DNA from: Clostridia bacterium
GTDB taxonomy: Bacteria; Bacillota; Clostridia; TANB77; CAG-465
Direction: 5' to 3'
NCBI GenBank assembly: GCA_045651205.1
Contig: JAZRSA010000011.1
Coordinates: 1-63,181, forward strand
DNA: 63,181 nt
A program made the translations under genes and the position numbers. A model generated the notes under the pieces. It made no database searches. It was not told the origin of the DNA and saw nothing but the letters and a program-made list of their open reading frames with translations. Shown piece by piece: positions 19,061 through 29,021 of the stretch (its first letter is position 1; every line of letters begins with the position of its first letter).

Positions 19061-19948
19061 CTAATATTGAAATATCTTTTTGTAACAATCTCTTCCACAA
19101 TATTTTTCTAAACGTCTACTTATATTTATGGTTATGTCATTTATTTCCTCATTTGAAAAATTCTCGATTGTTTTCAAATCATCTTTCATCATATTTTGCA
19201 ATTCTAATATGAATTGTTGTTCTTTATAATTGTAAATTTGATTTGCCTCAATAGACAAATCTATTATGTATTTATATTTTTTTAATTTACTCAATTCTTC
19301 ATTTTTGCTCCACTCTACTAATACGGATGAAAAAATATAAGAATAGAATAAAATTGTGTTTTCAGATTCTTTTAACTTATTTATTTTTACACTCGTTGCA
19401 TCCATATAAAATACCACCATAACATATACATAAAAAACACACACCGCTTGTCTAGCGACAACTTCCTCTTTCTCTATTTTATATAGAGTTTCCATTATTA
19501 TAGATGCATGAGAAAATTCACACAAGTTATCATATAAATATGTTAATACCCCTTTATTGAATATTCTATCAAAGAGTTCATCCTTTTTTATCACATAAAA
19601 ATACTCACTGAATTTTTCAGCTATAAAATATCTTATTTCACTTGAGCTATCTTTTTCTTCTTTTTTAGCTTTATTTATCATTTTGTATGCTTTTAACATT
19701 TCAGGATTTTTATCTAATACTATTCCTTTAAGCATCATTTCATATACATTACGGAGCAAAGAAAGTGACTCTAAAGTTTCTCCTCTTTTATACATATTTA
19801 TACTACTTATTAGCAATTCTCCTGCCATTGATAAATTATTTTTTACTTCTTCAATTAAGTTAGTCTCATTTATATATTTAATCTGCTTTTTAATGTTCTT
19901 TATAAACACTTTGTTTGCAATATTTATTCTTTCCTCTATGCTTTGCAT
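19061..19948 (-). CDS. helical hypothetical protein, paralog A of the pair flanking the PHP-ATPase
   Basis: Start MQSIEER (GAGGAG RBS). Motifs LESLSLLRNVYE and LYDNLCEFSHAS parallel those of 15834-16478. Confidence 0.6.
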   Translation of the reverse strand: MQSIEERINIANKVFIKNIKKQIKYINETNLIEEVKNNLSMAGELLISSINMYKRGETLESLSLLRNVYEMMLKGIVLDKNPEMLKAYKMINKAKKEEKDSSSEIRYFIAEKFSEYFYVIKKDELFDRIFNKGVLTYLYDNLCEFSHASIIMETLYKIEKEEVVARQAVCVFYVYVMVVFYMDATSVKINKLKESENTILFYSYIFSSVLVEWSKNEELSKLKKYKYIIDLSIEANQIYNYKEQQFILELQNMMKDDLKTIENFSNEEINDITINISRRLEKYCGRDCYKKIFQY

Positions 19949-20122
19949 ATAATCTCCTCTCACTATATTTCTTAGATGAATTTTACCATTTTTTTACTAT
20001 TAATTCAACCAAACGAGTACATTTTATTTCCATTTTTATACATTTGCCGATATATTTCGACCTATTATGACAAAAAAATAAAACCCAGATTAATTCTAGG
20101 TTTTATTTAGATATCTATTTGT

Positions 20123-22102
20123 TTATTTATAATCTATTTCTATATTTTCAGCTATCATTAGATTATTAGCGACATACTCATCTTCTTCAAACGAATAAGT
20201 AAACTCATTTGTTTTATTTATTCTACTTCTTAGATAATCCGCTAAAGCCTCGTCTTCACAATATATATAACAACCTTTTTGTCCTCTTGTCATTAATGTT
20301 CTATATGTGTTTTTAATAATCTCATCTGCTATTTTTAACGCTTTTTTAGGATCGTTTTTATATATTGTTTTTATTCCTTTTAGCGAGTTATCTGTTTTAG
20401 CTCTCTTTGTAAAATCCGTTACTATTTTACCATTTTCATATCTTAAGTCTTGTCCAATAATTACGCCTACATAATCGAATTCTAGGCCTTGAGATGTATG
20501 TATACAACCAACTTCATTAATTGAATTTTCATTTATTGCAAATGGTGTCGAATATGATTCTAAATTCCATCTCATAGCAAAATTATACTCTGGAAAAGTT
20601 ATATCATATACATCCTCTTTACTTTTACCTTTACTAATCCAGTTGTAACAATACCCTGCTAATAATCTTGCTTTATTATTTACTTCATTCAACTTAAATA
20701 TCTTTTCTTTTAATTCAGTTGGATTATCTAATATTTGAATATCATAATCTATATCAAAGCCATCACTATTTGCTGTTTCTCTTATTTGTAACACATCATC
20801 TATCCAAGCCAAATAGCCATCCGAACCATTACATCTAAATTGAGATTCTAGCTCTAGTATTTTTCTTTCTTCTCCTACTACATTAAACTCATCTAGATAT
20901 TTTTCAATTTCTGCTATTGAACCTATATCATAAATGTCTATTCTTTGAGTTTCATCAATAAAGAATACTGAAAACTTAGCAGCATTAATAATCTCTTTGA
21001 TTTGATTCTCTCCTTGATTCTTAAACATACCAGATTTTGCATTCAATCTATGTGCTTCATCTGCTAATATAACACCAACATCATCTTTTCCAGCTTCAGT
21101 ATAAATTCCTGAACCTTTAAACATGTTATCTATTTTAGATATTCTTTCTTTTCCTTTTAACTTTGCTTTAAACACACTTCTTGGTGCAGCATTCTTAGTT
21201 ACATAGTGGCATACCATTTCATATGGTTTGTTCGTTAAGTCTGCAAGCAAATTTATTGCTAAAACGGTTTTCCCTGTTCCCGGTCCACCTTTAACAATTA
21301 AACATCTCTTCTTACCATCTTCATTAGATTTTCTAGCCATTTCCATAGCAGTTTCATATACTACTTTTTGATTATCTAATAATATGAATTCAGAGTTTTG
21401 TTTAACCATTGAAGCTATACAATCTTGTAATGATTTAGAAGGTTTTATTTTACCATTCTCAATCATATATAATGTTTCTTTATCATCACCTTGTTTTACA
21501 TACTTATTTATAAATTCTCTTAGTTTGTATACATCTCCACTTATAAATACTGGTGCTTTTTCTATATAATCTTTATATTTTTCTGATAATACTGTTTTAG
21601 GTTCTACATCTTCATAATTATGCAAGTACGCACATGGATATAGCTTAACATTGTTGCGTTGCACATTCTCATTAAAATCTTCAATATATGCTGCATATGA
21701 CCAAGCTTGATAAGATGGATGTGGCACTTCTCTTAAAGATCCACCTGTAAATGTTTTAACTATTCCATCTTGACCTTCAACAATATCTGCCTCTGTCCAT
21801 TGTTTTAATTCTATTATTACAGCTATATTTCTTCCTTTATCATCTCTACCTGTTATAATAAAGTCTACTCTTTTTGAAGTATATGGGATTTTAAACTCAA
21901 TTGCTATTCCACTATTATTAGGAACAGTAACATCATTTAAAACATTACTCATATACATCATAGAGTTTTTCCAAGCTTCTTTTTCTCTAGGATTTACGTT
22001 TTGTCCTACTCTTAATCTATATAGTTGTTCTATTCTATTTGCTATATTATTCTCTATTACATCCTTTACAAACAATTCTTTTGTTGCTTCATATACTATC
22101 AT
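20123..22102 (-). CDS. DUF2075-type nuclease-helicase (PD-(D/E)xK-like N-domain + SF1 ATPase)
   Basis: KRVDFIITG...VIIELKQW (D...ExK), Walker A GGPGTGKT, Walker B ILADEAHRL, C-terminal IHTSQGLEFDYVGVIIG. Confidence 0.75.
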   Translation of the reverse strand: MIVYEATKELFVKDVIENNIANRIEQLYRLRVGQNVNPREKEAWKNSMMYMSNVLNDVTVPNNSGIAIEFKIPYTSKRVDFIITGRDDKGRNIAVIIELKQWTEADIVEGQDGIVKTFTGGSLREVPHPSYQAWSYAAYIEDFNENVQRNNVKLYPCAYLHNYEDVEPKTVLSEKYKDYIEKAPVFISGDVYKLREFINKYVKQGDDKETLYMIENGKIKPSKSLQDCIASMVKQNSEFILLDNQKVVYETAMEMARKSNEDGKKRCLIVKGGPGTGKTVLAINLLADLTNKPYEMVCHYVTKNAAPRSVFKAKLKGKERISKIDNMFKGSGIYTEAGKDDVGVILADEAHRLNAKSGMFKNQGENQIKEIINAAKFSVFFIDETQRIDIYDIGSIAEIEKYLDEFNVVGEERKILELESQFRCNGSDGYLAWIDDVLQIRETANSDGFDIDYDIQILDNPTELKEKIFKLNEVNNKARLLAGYCYNWISKGKSKEDVYDITFPEYNFAMRWNLESYSTPFAINENSINEVGCIHTSQGLEFDYVGVIIGQDLRYENGKIVTDFTKRAKTDNSLKGIKTIYKNDPKKALKIADEIIKNTYRTLMTRGQKGCYIYCEDEALADYLRSRINKTNEFTYSFEEDEYVANNLMIAENIEIDYK

Positions 22103-22125
22103 AATAATCCCCCATAATTATTATT

Positions 22126-22443
22126 TTAAAGTTTATTGTATTTTGTGCTTACCCCTTTAGCCTTTTCTACTGGATATTTTTTTCTTGTCTTGTCTAATTT
22201 TTTACGTATTATTTCTTCAGGTTCAACGCCTAATTTCATAGCCATTTGAATACAGTATGTAAATACATCGGCTAACTCTTCGCACACTTCTTCTTTATCA
22301 TAGTTTTCTCCATTCCATTGAAAACATTCTAATAGCTCGCCCGCTTCAATAGATATAGACTTTGCTAAATTTTCTGGAGAATGAAATTTGTCCCACTCTC
22401 TTTCTTCATTAAACTCTTTTATTTCTTCCATTAATTCTTTCAT
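22126..22443 (-). CDS. MazG-like nucleoside triphosphate pyrophosphohydrolase
   Basis: EREWDKFHSPENLAKSISIEAGELLECFQW...EELADVFTYCIQMA is typical of small MazG/dCTPase-like proteins. Confidence 0.75.
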   Translation of the reverse strand: MKELMEEIKEFNEEREWDKFHSPENLAKSISIEAGELLECFQWNGENYDKEEVCEELADVFTYCIQMAMKLGVEPEEIIRKKLDKTRKKYPVEKAKGVSTKYNKL

Positions 22444-22624
22444 AGTATCACCCTTATTCGTATGTATAATTTATATCATAGTTTCCACTTTTTCTCAATT
22501 AATTTGTCGCATTTTGTTGTAATGGCTATATAAATAATCCTAAAAGCGAGCATCTCTACTCGCTTTATTCATATATTTTATTCCACCCACACTATTAGCG
22601 TGGATTTTATACACACATAATGTG

Positions 22625-23056
22625 TTATTTGTTTTGTTTATCTAATATCTCTATAGTCTTTTCATCTAATTTACCATTGTAGTATTTATCTAGTACTTGC
22701 TTAAAGATTTCTTCTTTAGGATTAGTTAGATGGAATAATGTCATTGAAGAACATAGTTTATAGTCGTCTGGATAACCTACTACTTCTGTTATATTATTTG
22801 TATTTAGTTTTAGTAGTTCTTTACATATTTCTATTAAATGGTTATATAGATATTCATTATCTATATATGCTTTTGCTTCTTCTATATTTTTTATTCCATA
22901 ATATTTAGATGTACTACTTGTTCCTAATCTACCTATTTGCGGAAATATATACCACATCCAATGTGTTTTCTTTTTACCATTCTTTATTTCTTCTAATGCT
23001 TGTTCATATTCTCTTTTATGTGCTTCTATATATCTTTCTAAATTAACATTGTTCAT
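22625..23056 (-). CDS. DUF1810 family protein
   Basis: HWMWYIFPQIGRLGTSSTSKYYGI motif. Confidence 0.6.
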   Translation of the reverse strand: MNNVNLERYIEAHKREYEQALEEIKNGKKKTHWMWYIFPQIGRLGTSSTSKYYGIKNIEEAKAYIDNEYLYNHLIEICKELLKLNTNNITEVVGYPDDYKLCSSMTLFHLTNPKEEIFKQVLDKYYNGKLDEKTIEILDKQNK

Positions 23057-23117
23057 TTGTTTCTCATATGCTTATCCCCACAATACACAAGTGTATTGTG
23101 GGGATGAAATATTAATA

Positions 23118-24287
23118 TCATTTTTGTTCATCTTTTAATTTTATCTTTAAATTCATAGGTATTATTTTATTTTCTTCCTCTTCTTCTAATTTTAGTCTTC
23201 CTTCTTCTAATCCAAATAAAATTTCAACTTCTCTCGGATTCATTGGCAATCCTCTTTTTTCAAATTCTTTCATTAAAGTTTTGCTTGTAAAAACATCATT
23301 CTCTAACAACATCTCAATCGAATTTTTTAACAGTTGTGGTTGCGGAATATTAATAATTCCATCTAAAGGCTCATTCTTCCTATAATTAAGTATATTATAT
23401 TGTTTAATTAAATATTTAAACTGGTTATCTGTTATAACACCTAGGTTTAATGCCTTCATCATCATTGCCAAAATAGAAACATGCCATTTATTCTTTAGCA
23501 TTTCATAACATTTTAAGTTTGTAGGATGTATTAGATCTTTTATAAATTCATCAGAGGGTAATAAAAATTCGGAAGCAAAAAGATTTGCTTGTCTTTCTAT
23601 TTCTCTAAATTCTTTTCTATCTACTTCATCCATATTAACTGTAGTAGAATGTAATATAATATGTCCCAATTCATGTGCTGCGCTAAACTGTCTTCTTACT
23701 GCTGAAGTTTTTTCTTCTTCCAATACGACACATAAATATCTAATTCCATCTATATCTATATATTGGGTAAATGCATCTATGCTTTGTGTATGAGTATCTA
23801 AACTTTTTACCAAAATTCCATTTTTTTCCATAACATAAACCATATCTTTTATAGGTTTAGTACTTAATCCCCAAAATTCTCTTAATTCTCTTGCTATTTC
23901 TACTATATCTTTATCCGACCTTATATTTATTTTCATATTTGGTAAATTAATTCTCGGAAATTCTACATATTCATTTATTATTTCAAAAATTCTTAATAGC
24001 ATCTCTATTTTATATGTTTGCGCTGTTTTTTCTTTTTTTGTTGTTGATAGTAATGCTCTATAAAATGTATTTTCCATTTTTACAGTTTTATTATCATCAG
24101 TGTAAAAAAAAGCGAATGGGAAATTTAATTGCCTTGAAATACTAAACATTGCCTTTAGCGGTGGTTCATTCCCGTTTTCATAAAATGATATTGTTTGTTT
24201 GGTTAAACCTACTTTTTCGCCAAGTTCATCACACGTCATAGCATTATATATTCTTGCAAATTTTAACCTTTCGCTATTAAATTTCAT
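23118..24287 (-). CDS. XRE HTH + ImmA/IrrE-type zinc metallopeptidase fusion
   Basis: N-terminal HTH (LKFARIYNAMTCDELGEKVGLTKQTISFYENG) and the HEXXH motif AAHELGHIILH. Start at MKFNSE with RBS GGAGGGG. Confidence 0.8.
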   Translation of the reverse strand: MKFNSERLKFARIYNAMTCDELGEKVGLTKQTISFYENGNEPPLKAMFSISRQLNFPFAFFYTDDNKTVKMENTFYRALLSTTKKEKTAQTYKIEMLLRIFEIINEYVEFPRINLPNMKINIRSDKDIVEIARELREFWGLSTKPIKDMVYVMEKNGILVKSLDTHTQSIDAFTQYIDIDGIRYLCVVLEEEKTSAVRRQFSAAHELGHIILHSTTVNMDEVDRKEFREIERQANLFASEFLLPSDEFIKDLIHPTNLKCYEMLKNKWHVSILAMMMKALNLGVITDNQFKYLIKQYNILNYRKNEPLDGIINIPQPQLLKNSIEMLLENDVFTSKTLMKEFEKRGLPMNPREVEILFGLEEGRLKLEEEEENKIIPMNLKIKLKDEQK

Positions 24288-24343
24288 AGTTTCCCCTCCA
24301 TAATAAGTAGAATAAGTAGGGCACCATATCATGCCCCCTTACC

Positions 24344-25045
24344 TTAATTTGTTTTTCGGTCCTTGTCCTTGTTGACTATAGATAGGTTTTGATTAGGTCT
24401 TATCATTTCTTTTGCTTTAGTTGTTAAGCCTAAACCTATAGCTTGCTTTTCTTCAGATTCTAATTTGTCATTATCTCTTAAGTTGTATTGAATTGTTTCT
24501 TCGTCTTTAATGTATTCTCTTTTTACAATTTCCAGGTCTTCATTAATTGTAGCTATACTTATTACCGGATTGCTGCGATTTGAATCATCTATAATAAACG
24601 TTTCATAGCCATCAGGAACAAATCCAAATATTTGCATAAGTTCTTCTTCTCGATTCATCTGTATATCAGCGGCTTCATCAAACAAAGATTGCTGTTTTTG
24701 TTGCGCTTCCATACCTTTATTTACACTAGCCAAGCTATATAAATAATGTCGTTTGTTTTTCTTATTTCTAACACGAACAAGATTTTTCTCCGTAATTATA
24801 CTACACACTAAGCAATCATTTTCATCGACTACTAATGCCATCTTAAATATTCCACGATCACAATCTACTATTTTTAACGAAGATTCCGCCAATTCATTGC
24901 GCACATTGCTAAAAATATAGTCCCATTTTAGCATATGTCTTCCGTTACCGTATCTTAAACCAGTTTCGAAATAAAACTCAGGAACATCTGTTGTTATGGC
25001 CGTCTTAATCGCTTTAGATATTATTTTTATCTCTTCTTTAGTCAT
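24344..25045 (-). CDS. hypothetical protein upstream of HTH-ImmA/IrrE (possible partner)
   Basis: 233-aa ORF with RBS AAGGAGG, 56 nt upstream of the ImmA gene on the same strand; no recognisable motif. Confidence 0.55.
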   Translation of the reverse strand: MTKEEIKIISKAIKTAITTDVPEFYFETGLRYGNGRHMLKWDYIFSNVRNELAESSLKIVDCDRGIFKMALVVDENDCLVCSIITEKNLVRVRNKKNKRHYLYSLASVNKGMEAQQKQQSLFDEAADIQMNREEELMQIFGFVPDGYETFIIDDSNRSNPVISIATINEDLEIVKREYIKDEETIQYNLRDNDKLESEEKQAIGLGLTTKAKEMIRPNQNLSIVNKDKDRKTN

Positions 25046-25150
25046 ATTAACCTCCTTCTTATTTAAGTATGTTAAAGTACTTGAAATAAAAATTAGGATA
25101 TGCTAATATTATCTTGGAAACAGCACTTTAACATCTAATTAAAGTATAAC

Positions 25151-25179
25151 AAAACGCTTGATTTTTGTCAAGCGTTTTT
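25151..25179 (-). terminator. rho-independent terminator
   Basis: AAAACGCTTGA-loop-TCAAGCGTTTT downstream of the rhodanese gene. Confidence 0.6.
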
Positions 25180-25210
25180 CTCTTTTTTCTTGTTTTTGTC
25201 AAATAAATAT

Positions 25211-25609
25211 CTATTCTATCTCCCACTCCCAGTCAATGATGCCACCAAATTCTACTAGGTTGGTGTAGCCAAGTTGTTGAAGTTTTAGTGCTGCTTGTTT
25301 GCTTCTGTTTCCACTTCTACAGTAGATTAGGATAAGTTGGTCTTTGTTAGGTATCTGCTTTGTTACTGTTTCATCTATTGTTTCATTTGGTATGCATATA
25401 GCGTTTGGTATATGTCCTTCGTTATATTCTTCTATTGTACGTGCATCTAGTATAATGTAGTTTGTGTTTTCTTGCATTATTGTTGTTATTTCTTCCATAG
25501 ATACATATTGTATTGAGTTAGTTGTTTCTTTTTCTGTGTTTTTATTTAACATTATTACTCCTCCTATTATTACTACTAGTATTATTAGTATGATTATTAC
25601 TTTTTTCAT
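25211..25609 (-). CDS. membrane-anchored rhodanese-domain protein
   Basis: N-terminal TM helix and the rhodanese active-site loop YCRSGNRS. Confidence 0.8.
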   Translation of the reverse strand: MKKVIIILIILVVIIGGVIMLNKNTEKETTNSIQYVSMEEITTIMQENTNYIILDARTIEEYNEGHIPNAICIPNETIDETVTKQIPNKDQLILIYCRSGNRSKQAALKLQQLGYTNLVEFGGIIDWEWEIE

Positions 25610-25619
25610 AGGTTCTCCT

Positions 25620-26243
25620 TTATTTGTTTAGGTTTCTTTTTTCTATTCTATTTTTTGCATAAGAACAGTCTGCTACTATTCTTTTGTTTTGTTCTTCTGC
25701 ATATGTTATTACCCTATCTACTAGTTTACCTGCTATTCCTTTTCCTTGATAGTTTTCATCTACTTCTGTGTGTACTATGTTTATTTCTTCTTTTGTAGTT
25801 ACATATACACATTCTCCTACTTGTTTGTTATCTATATATGCTAGTACTGTATTTGTTTCTTCATCTAATGTTATTTCTACTTCTTGTTGTTTTAAGTATG
25901 CATTTATTGCTTCATGTGTATATAATGCAGTTCCATCTCCTCCTGCTCTATCTATATTTGCTTTAAATGCATCTGTTATATACATTTCTCCTAATGCTTT
26001 TAACGTTTCATTTGTACAAATATAATAATGGTTTGTGATAAATGTTTTTAGTTCTTGTATTTTATTTTGAACCTCTTTAGCTTCTGGATTTATATTCTTT
26101 AGTTTACCAATATCCTTAAATATTTGCATTAATTGTTCTCCACTGTTTAGCAATTGTTGGTTGGTTAAATTCTTATCCTTAAACTCTTTATATTGTTCCG
26201 TGTTACCCCACATTTCTTCTGCTTGTTTTTCTAAGTTTTCCAT
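25620..26243 (-). CDS. TipAS-like domain fused to a small GNAT (YjdJ-type) acetyltransferase
   Basis: N-terminus EEMWGNTEQYKEFKDK is TipAS-like. C-terminus QGKGIAGKLVDRVITYAEEQNKRIVADCSYA is GNAT-like. Confidence 0.6.
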   Translation of the reverse strand: MENLEKQAEEMWGNTEQYKEFKDKNLTNQQLLNSGEQLMQIFKDIGKLKNINPEAKEVQNKIQELKTFITNHYYICTNETLKALGEMYITDAFKANIDRAGGDGTALYTHEAINAYLKQQEVEITLDEETNTVLAYIDNKQVGECVYVTTKEEINIVHTEVDENYQGKGIAGKLVDRVITYAEEQNKRIVADCSYAKNRIEKRNLNK

Positions 26244-26340
26244 ATATTATCTCCTTTTTATGTATGCGTTTATTATATCACAAAGGAGCAAGGTTTTATA
26301 CTAACCTTACTCCTTTTAATTTGTTATATACTATTTTCTC

Positions 26341-26721
26341 TTATCCTTTCAACTTCTCCACAATAAACAAATCTGCTGGTGCAAATTCAAAATTGTCTAG
26401 CTCTGTATTTGTTACCCATCTGTATGCTTCATGTTCTAACAACTTAATTTCACCACCTGTTTTCGTACATGATAGTGCTATTAAATTTATCTGTTTTTCT
26501 GGATATATAAATGTTTTTTCTGCTAGATATTCATTTACTTCTATATCCATATCTAGTTCTTCTTTTATTTCACGTACTATTGCTTGTTCACGTGTTTCAT
26601 TTGGTTCTATTTTACCACCCGGGAATTCCCATAGTCCACCTTGAGACTTTTTAAGATTTCTTTGTGTTATTAGTATTTTATCTTGTTCGTCTTTTATTAC
26701 TGCTGCTACTACATTTATCAT
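26341..26721 (-). CDS. NUDIX hydrolase, MutT-like
   Basis: GGLWEFPGGKIEPNETREQAIVREIKEELD Nudix box. Confidence 0.8.
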   Translation of the reverse strand: MINVVAAVIKDEQDKILITQRNLKKSQGGLWEFPGGKIEPNETREQAIVREIKEELDMDIEVNEYLAEKTFIYPEKQINLIALSCTKTGGEIKLLEHEAYRWVTNTELDNFEFAPADLFIVEKLKG

Positions 26722-26816
26722 ATGAACCTCCTATATTTTATTTCATTACATCAGATTTTTCTTTTATGTATATAAGTGAAAAGTAGTGAATACTAATTAC
26801 TCACTACCTTTATAAT

Positions 26817-27836
26817 CTAATATCCTTCTATTTCTTCAGCAACCATAAATTCTACTTCAGAACAATCTTCGTTTAAATCGATCATATTAGCATTGCAGAA
26901 TATATTTTCTCTATGATATCTTAAATATTCTTCAGATCCATTTTGTAAACGATATATTTTTCCGTTTTTTAAATTTAACAACTGTCTATTTCTATTAGTT
27001 AGAAACGGAGAAACCATTAACTCACCACTATCTTTAAATGAGATAAATCCTAAATCAAATAGCACATGATATGTTGGTGTCATTGTTATTCCATTTTTAT
27101 AGTCATATTTTTCATTGTCTGAGCAAACTCTATGCGGTTTTATATGGCACGCCTGCAATATTCTATCATCAGTTACGGATGTAAATATACACGCTGGCAT
27201 TTCCATAATTAGTTTTTGGCGATATTCTTGTTGCTTTAGTCTACCTTTCTTTTTAGCCTCAACAACAGCTTGTTCAGCACCTTCATCAATTATATTTTCT
27301 AAAACTTCTTCTTTTCCACTCACTCTATTAAAATAAATAGGTCTCATGTATATATATTTTTTACCATTTCGATCATCAATTAATTTTATAAAACAAAATT
27401 TTGTAACTCTTGGTACACTTATGTTTCTGATATAATTATAGTTTTGGTTATACGTTGGATCTTTTTCTACATCTAAAACTAAATAATACCTGTTTTGAGC
27501 GTCATAAGTTTTTTTAAAGCCGTACTTTATAACCTCTTCTAATATTTCGTTTGTCTCATTTAATTTTTTTGAATATAATTCACTTAAATTTTCTTTATAT
27601 TCTTGAATAGGATTAAAGAATTCTTCTTTTGCCTCATCCAAATATTTTAACAAATCACTTTTATATGAAAAAATATACTCTACATTTTCGAAATCAAAAA
27701 ACTCATCATATCTTTCTTCATCATGACCAATATAAATTCTTTTTTCACCCATTCCAGTTGAATCTTTAAGTTTAAAATCCTTAGAAGCGGCCGAATCTAC
27801 AAAATTTATATCAAATGCATCTATTCTTTTAAACAC
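26817..27836 (-). CDS. HNH-family restriction endonuclease candidate
   Basis: C-terminal ACHIKPHRVCSDNEKYDYKNGITMTPTYHVLFDLGFISF (HNH_2-type). The ATG abuts the stop of the upstream methyltransferase gene. Confidence 0.65.
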   Translation of the reverse strand: MFKRIDAFDINFVDSAASKDFKLKDSTGMGEKRIYIGHDEERYDEFFDFENVEYIFSYKSDLLKYLDEAKEEFFNPIQEYKENLSELYSKKLNETNEILEEVIKYGFKKTYDAQNRYYLVLDVEKDPTYNQNYNYIRNISVPRVTKFCFIKLIDDRNGKKYIYMRPIYFNRVSGKEEVLENIIDEGAEQAVVEAKKKGRLKQQEYRQKLIMEMPACIFTSVTDDRILQACHIKPHRVCSDNEKYDYKNGITMTPTYHVLFDLGFISFKDSGELMVSPFLTNRNRQLLNLKNGKIYRLQNGSEEYLRYHRENIFCNANMIDLNEDCSEVEFMVAEEIEGY

Positions 27837-29021
27837 TCATATGCCCCCTTTTATATCGTCATCAAACACGCCGGTATCAAATATAGATCTCAACACTGCC
27901 ATCATTACATCCACAACTATAGAGTTACCTGCCTGTTTCTTTGTTTGCATTGGCGATACAACTATTTTAAACGAATCCGGAAATCCCATTAAGCGCAAGC
28001 ACTCGCGTTCTGTTAAATGTCTTAATATTCTTTTACCTTCTTTGTCAAAACCTAAAGTTATATAATTATCCACTCCCGCACGATGATGTTGAGTCATTGT
28101 TTTTAGAAGCGTTCTAGCAATTTTTAAATCTGTTTGTGTGGATGTTCTAAAATTTTTCGTTCCATTAGTTAAAACATAATCTCTAACCTTCGGTGTCAAA
28201 GTATGTTTTGCTTCTACTTCTCCAGAAACTTTATTTATATACAATTCTCCATTTTCTTTATAATTATAATTGTAATTTTCCTCATCATACTTGCAATTTT
28301 CTTCTAGGATATCTTGCATGTAAAATGGTAATTTTTCACTTCCTAAAGCTTTTGGATATACAAAATCTTTTGTTTTTAAATCCTCTCTAATACCTATTAC
28401 AAACAATCTTCTTCTTGTTTGTGGTATTCCATAATCTGCCGCATTTAGCACTTGTGGTTCTGTTATTCTATAATGTAATGTCTTTGTAAATACTTCCTGC
28501 ATTTTTTTCCACGTTTTACCGTTATCATGCGTTGTTAGGCCTCTTACATTCTCAAATATAAAAACCTTTGGCTGAACTTCATCTATTAGTCTAGCATATT
28601 CATAAAACAAAGTTCCTCTTACATCTTCCAAGCCACCTTGAAATCCAACTGTAGAAAAAGATTGACATGGGCTCCCGCCTACCAACAAATCTACTTTACC
28701 TTTATAATCTTTTCCATCTAGCAATCTAACATCTAAATGGAAATCGTCCTCATTTATATCATAATTAGCCAAATAACTTTGCTTTACAAAATTATTTTTT
28801 CTTGATTTTTTTTTATACAAATCATCTACATATTTCTTTTTGTCTACCTTATTATTTAAACTTTTTATTATTTCATTTTCTTTTTGAACATCTATATCTA
28901 TTTCTATCTCACCATTATCACAAGCAAATACCAATTGATAATCAATATTCAAACGTTTTAACGCTTGTTCTACAGCTCCAATGCCGCTAAATAACGTTCC
29001 TACCTTTAACATTCTCCCCAT
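27837..29021 (-). CDS. DNA (cytosine-5)-methyltransferase (second of two)
   Basis: FSGIGA (I), GGSPCQSFS (IV), ENVRGL (VI), QTRRRLFVIG (VIII), GNSIVV (X). Confidence 0.9.
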   Translation of the reverse strand: MGRMLKVGTLFSGIGAVEQALKRLNIDYQLVFACDNGEIEIDIDVQKENEIIKSLNNKVDKKKYVDDLYKKKSRKNNFVKQSYLANYDINEDDFHLDVRLLDGKDYKGKVDLLVGGSPCQSFSTVGFQGGLEDVRGTLFYEYARLIDEVQPKVFIFENVRGLTTHDNGKTWKKMQEVFTKTLHYRITEPQVLNAADYGIPQTRRRLFVIGIREDLKTKDFVYPKALGSEKLPFYMQDILEENCKYDEENYNYNYKENGELYINKVSGEVEAKHTLTPKVRDYVLTNGTKNFRTSTQTDLKIARTLLKTMTQHHRAGVDNYITLGFDKEGKRILRHLTERECLRLMGFPDSFKIVVSPMQTKKQAGNSIVVDVMMAVLRSIFDTGVFDDDIKGGI

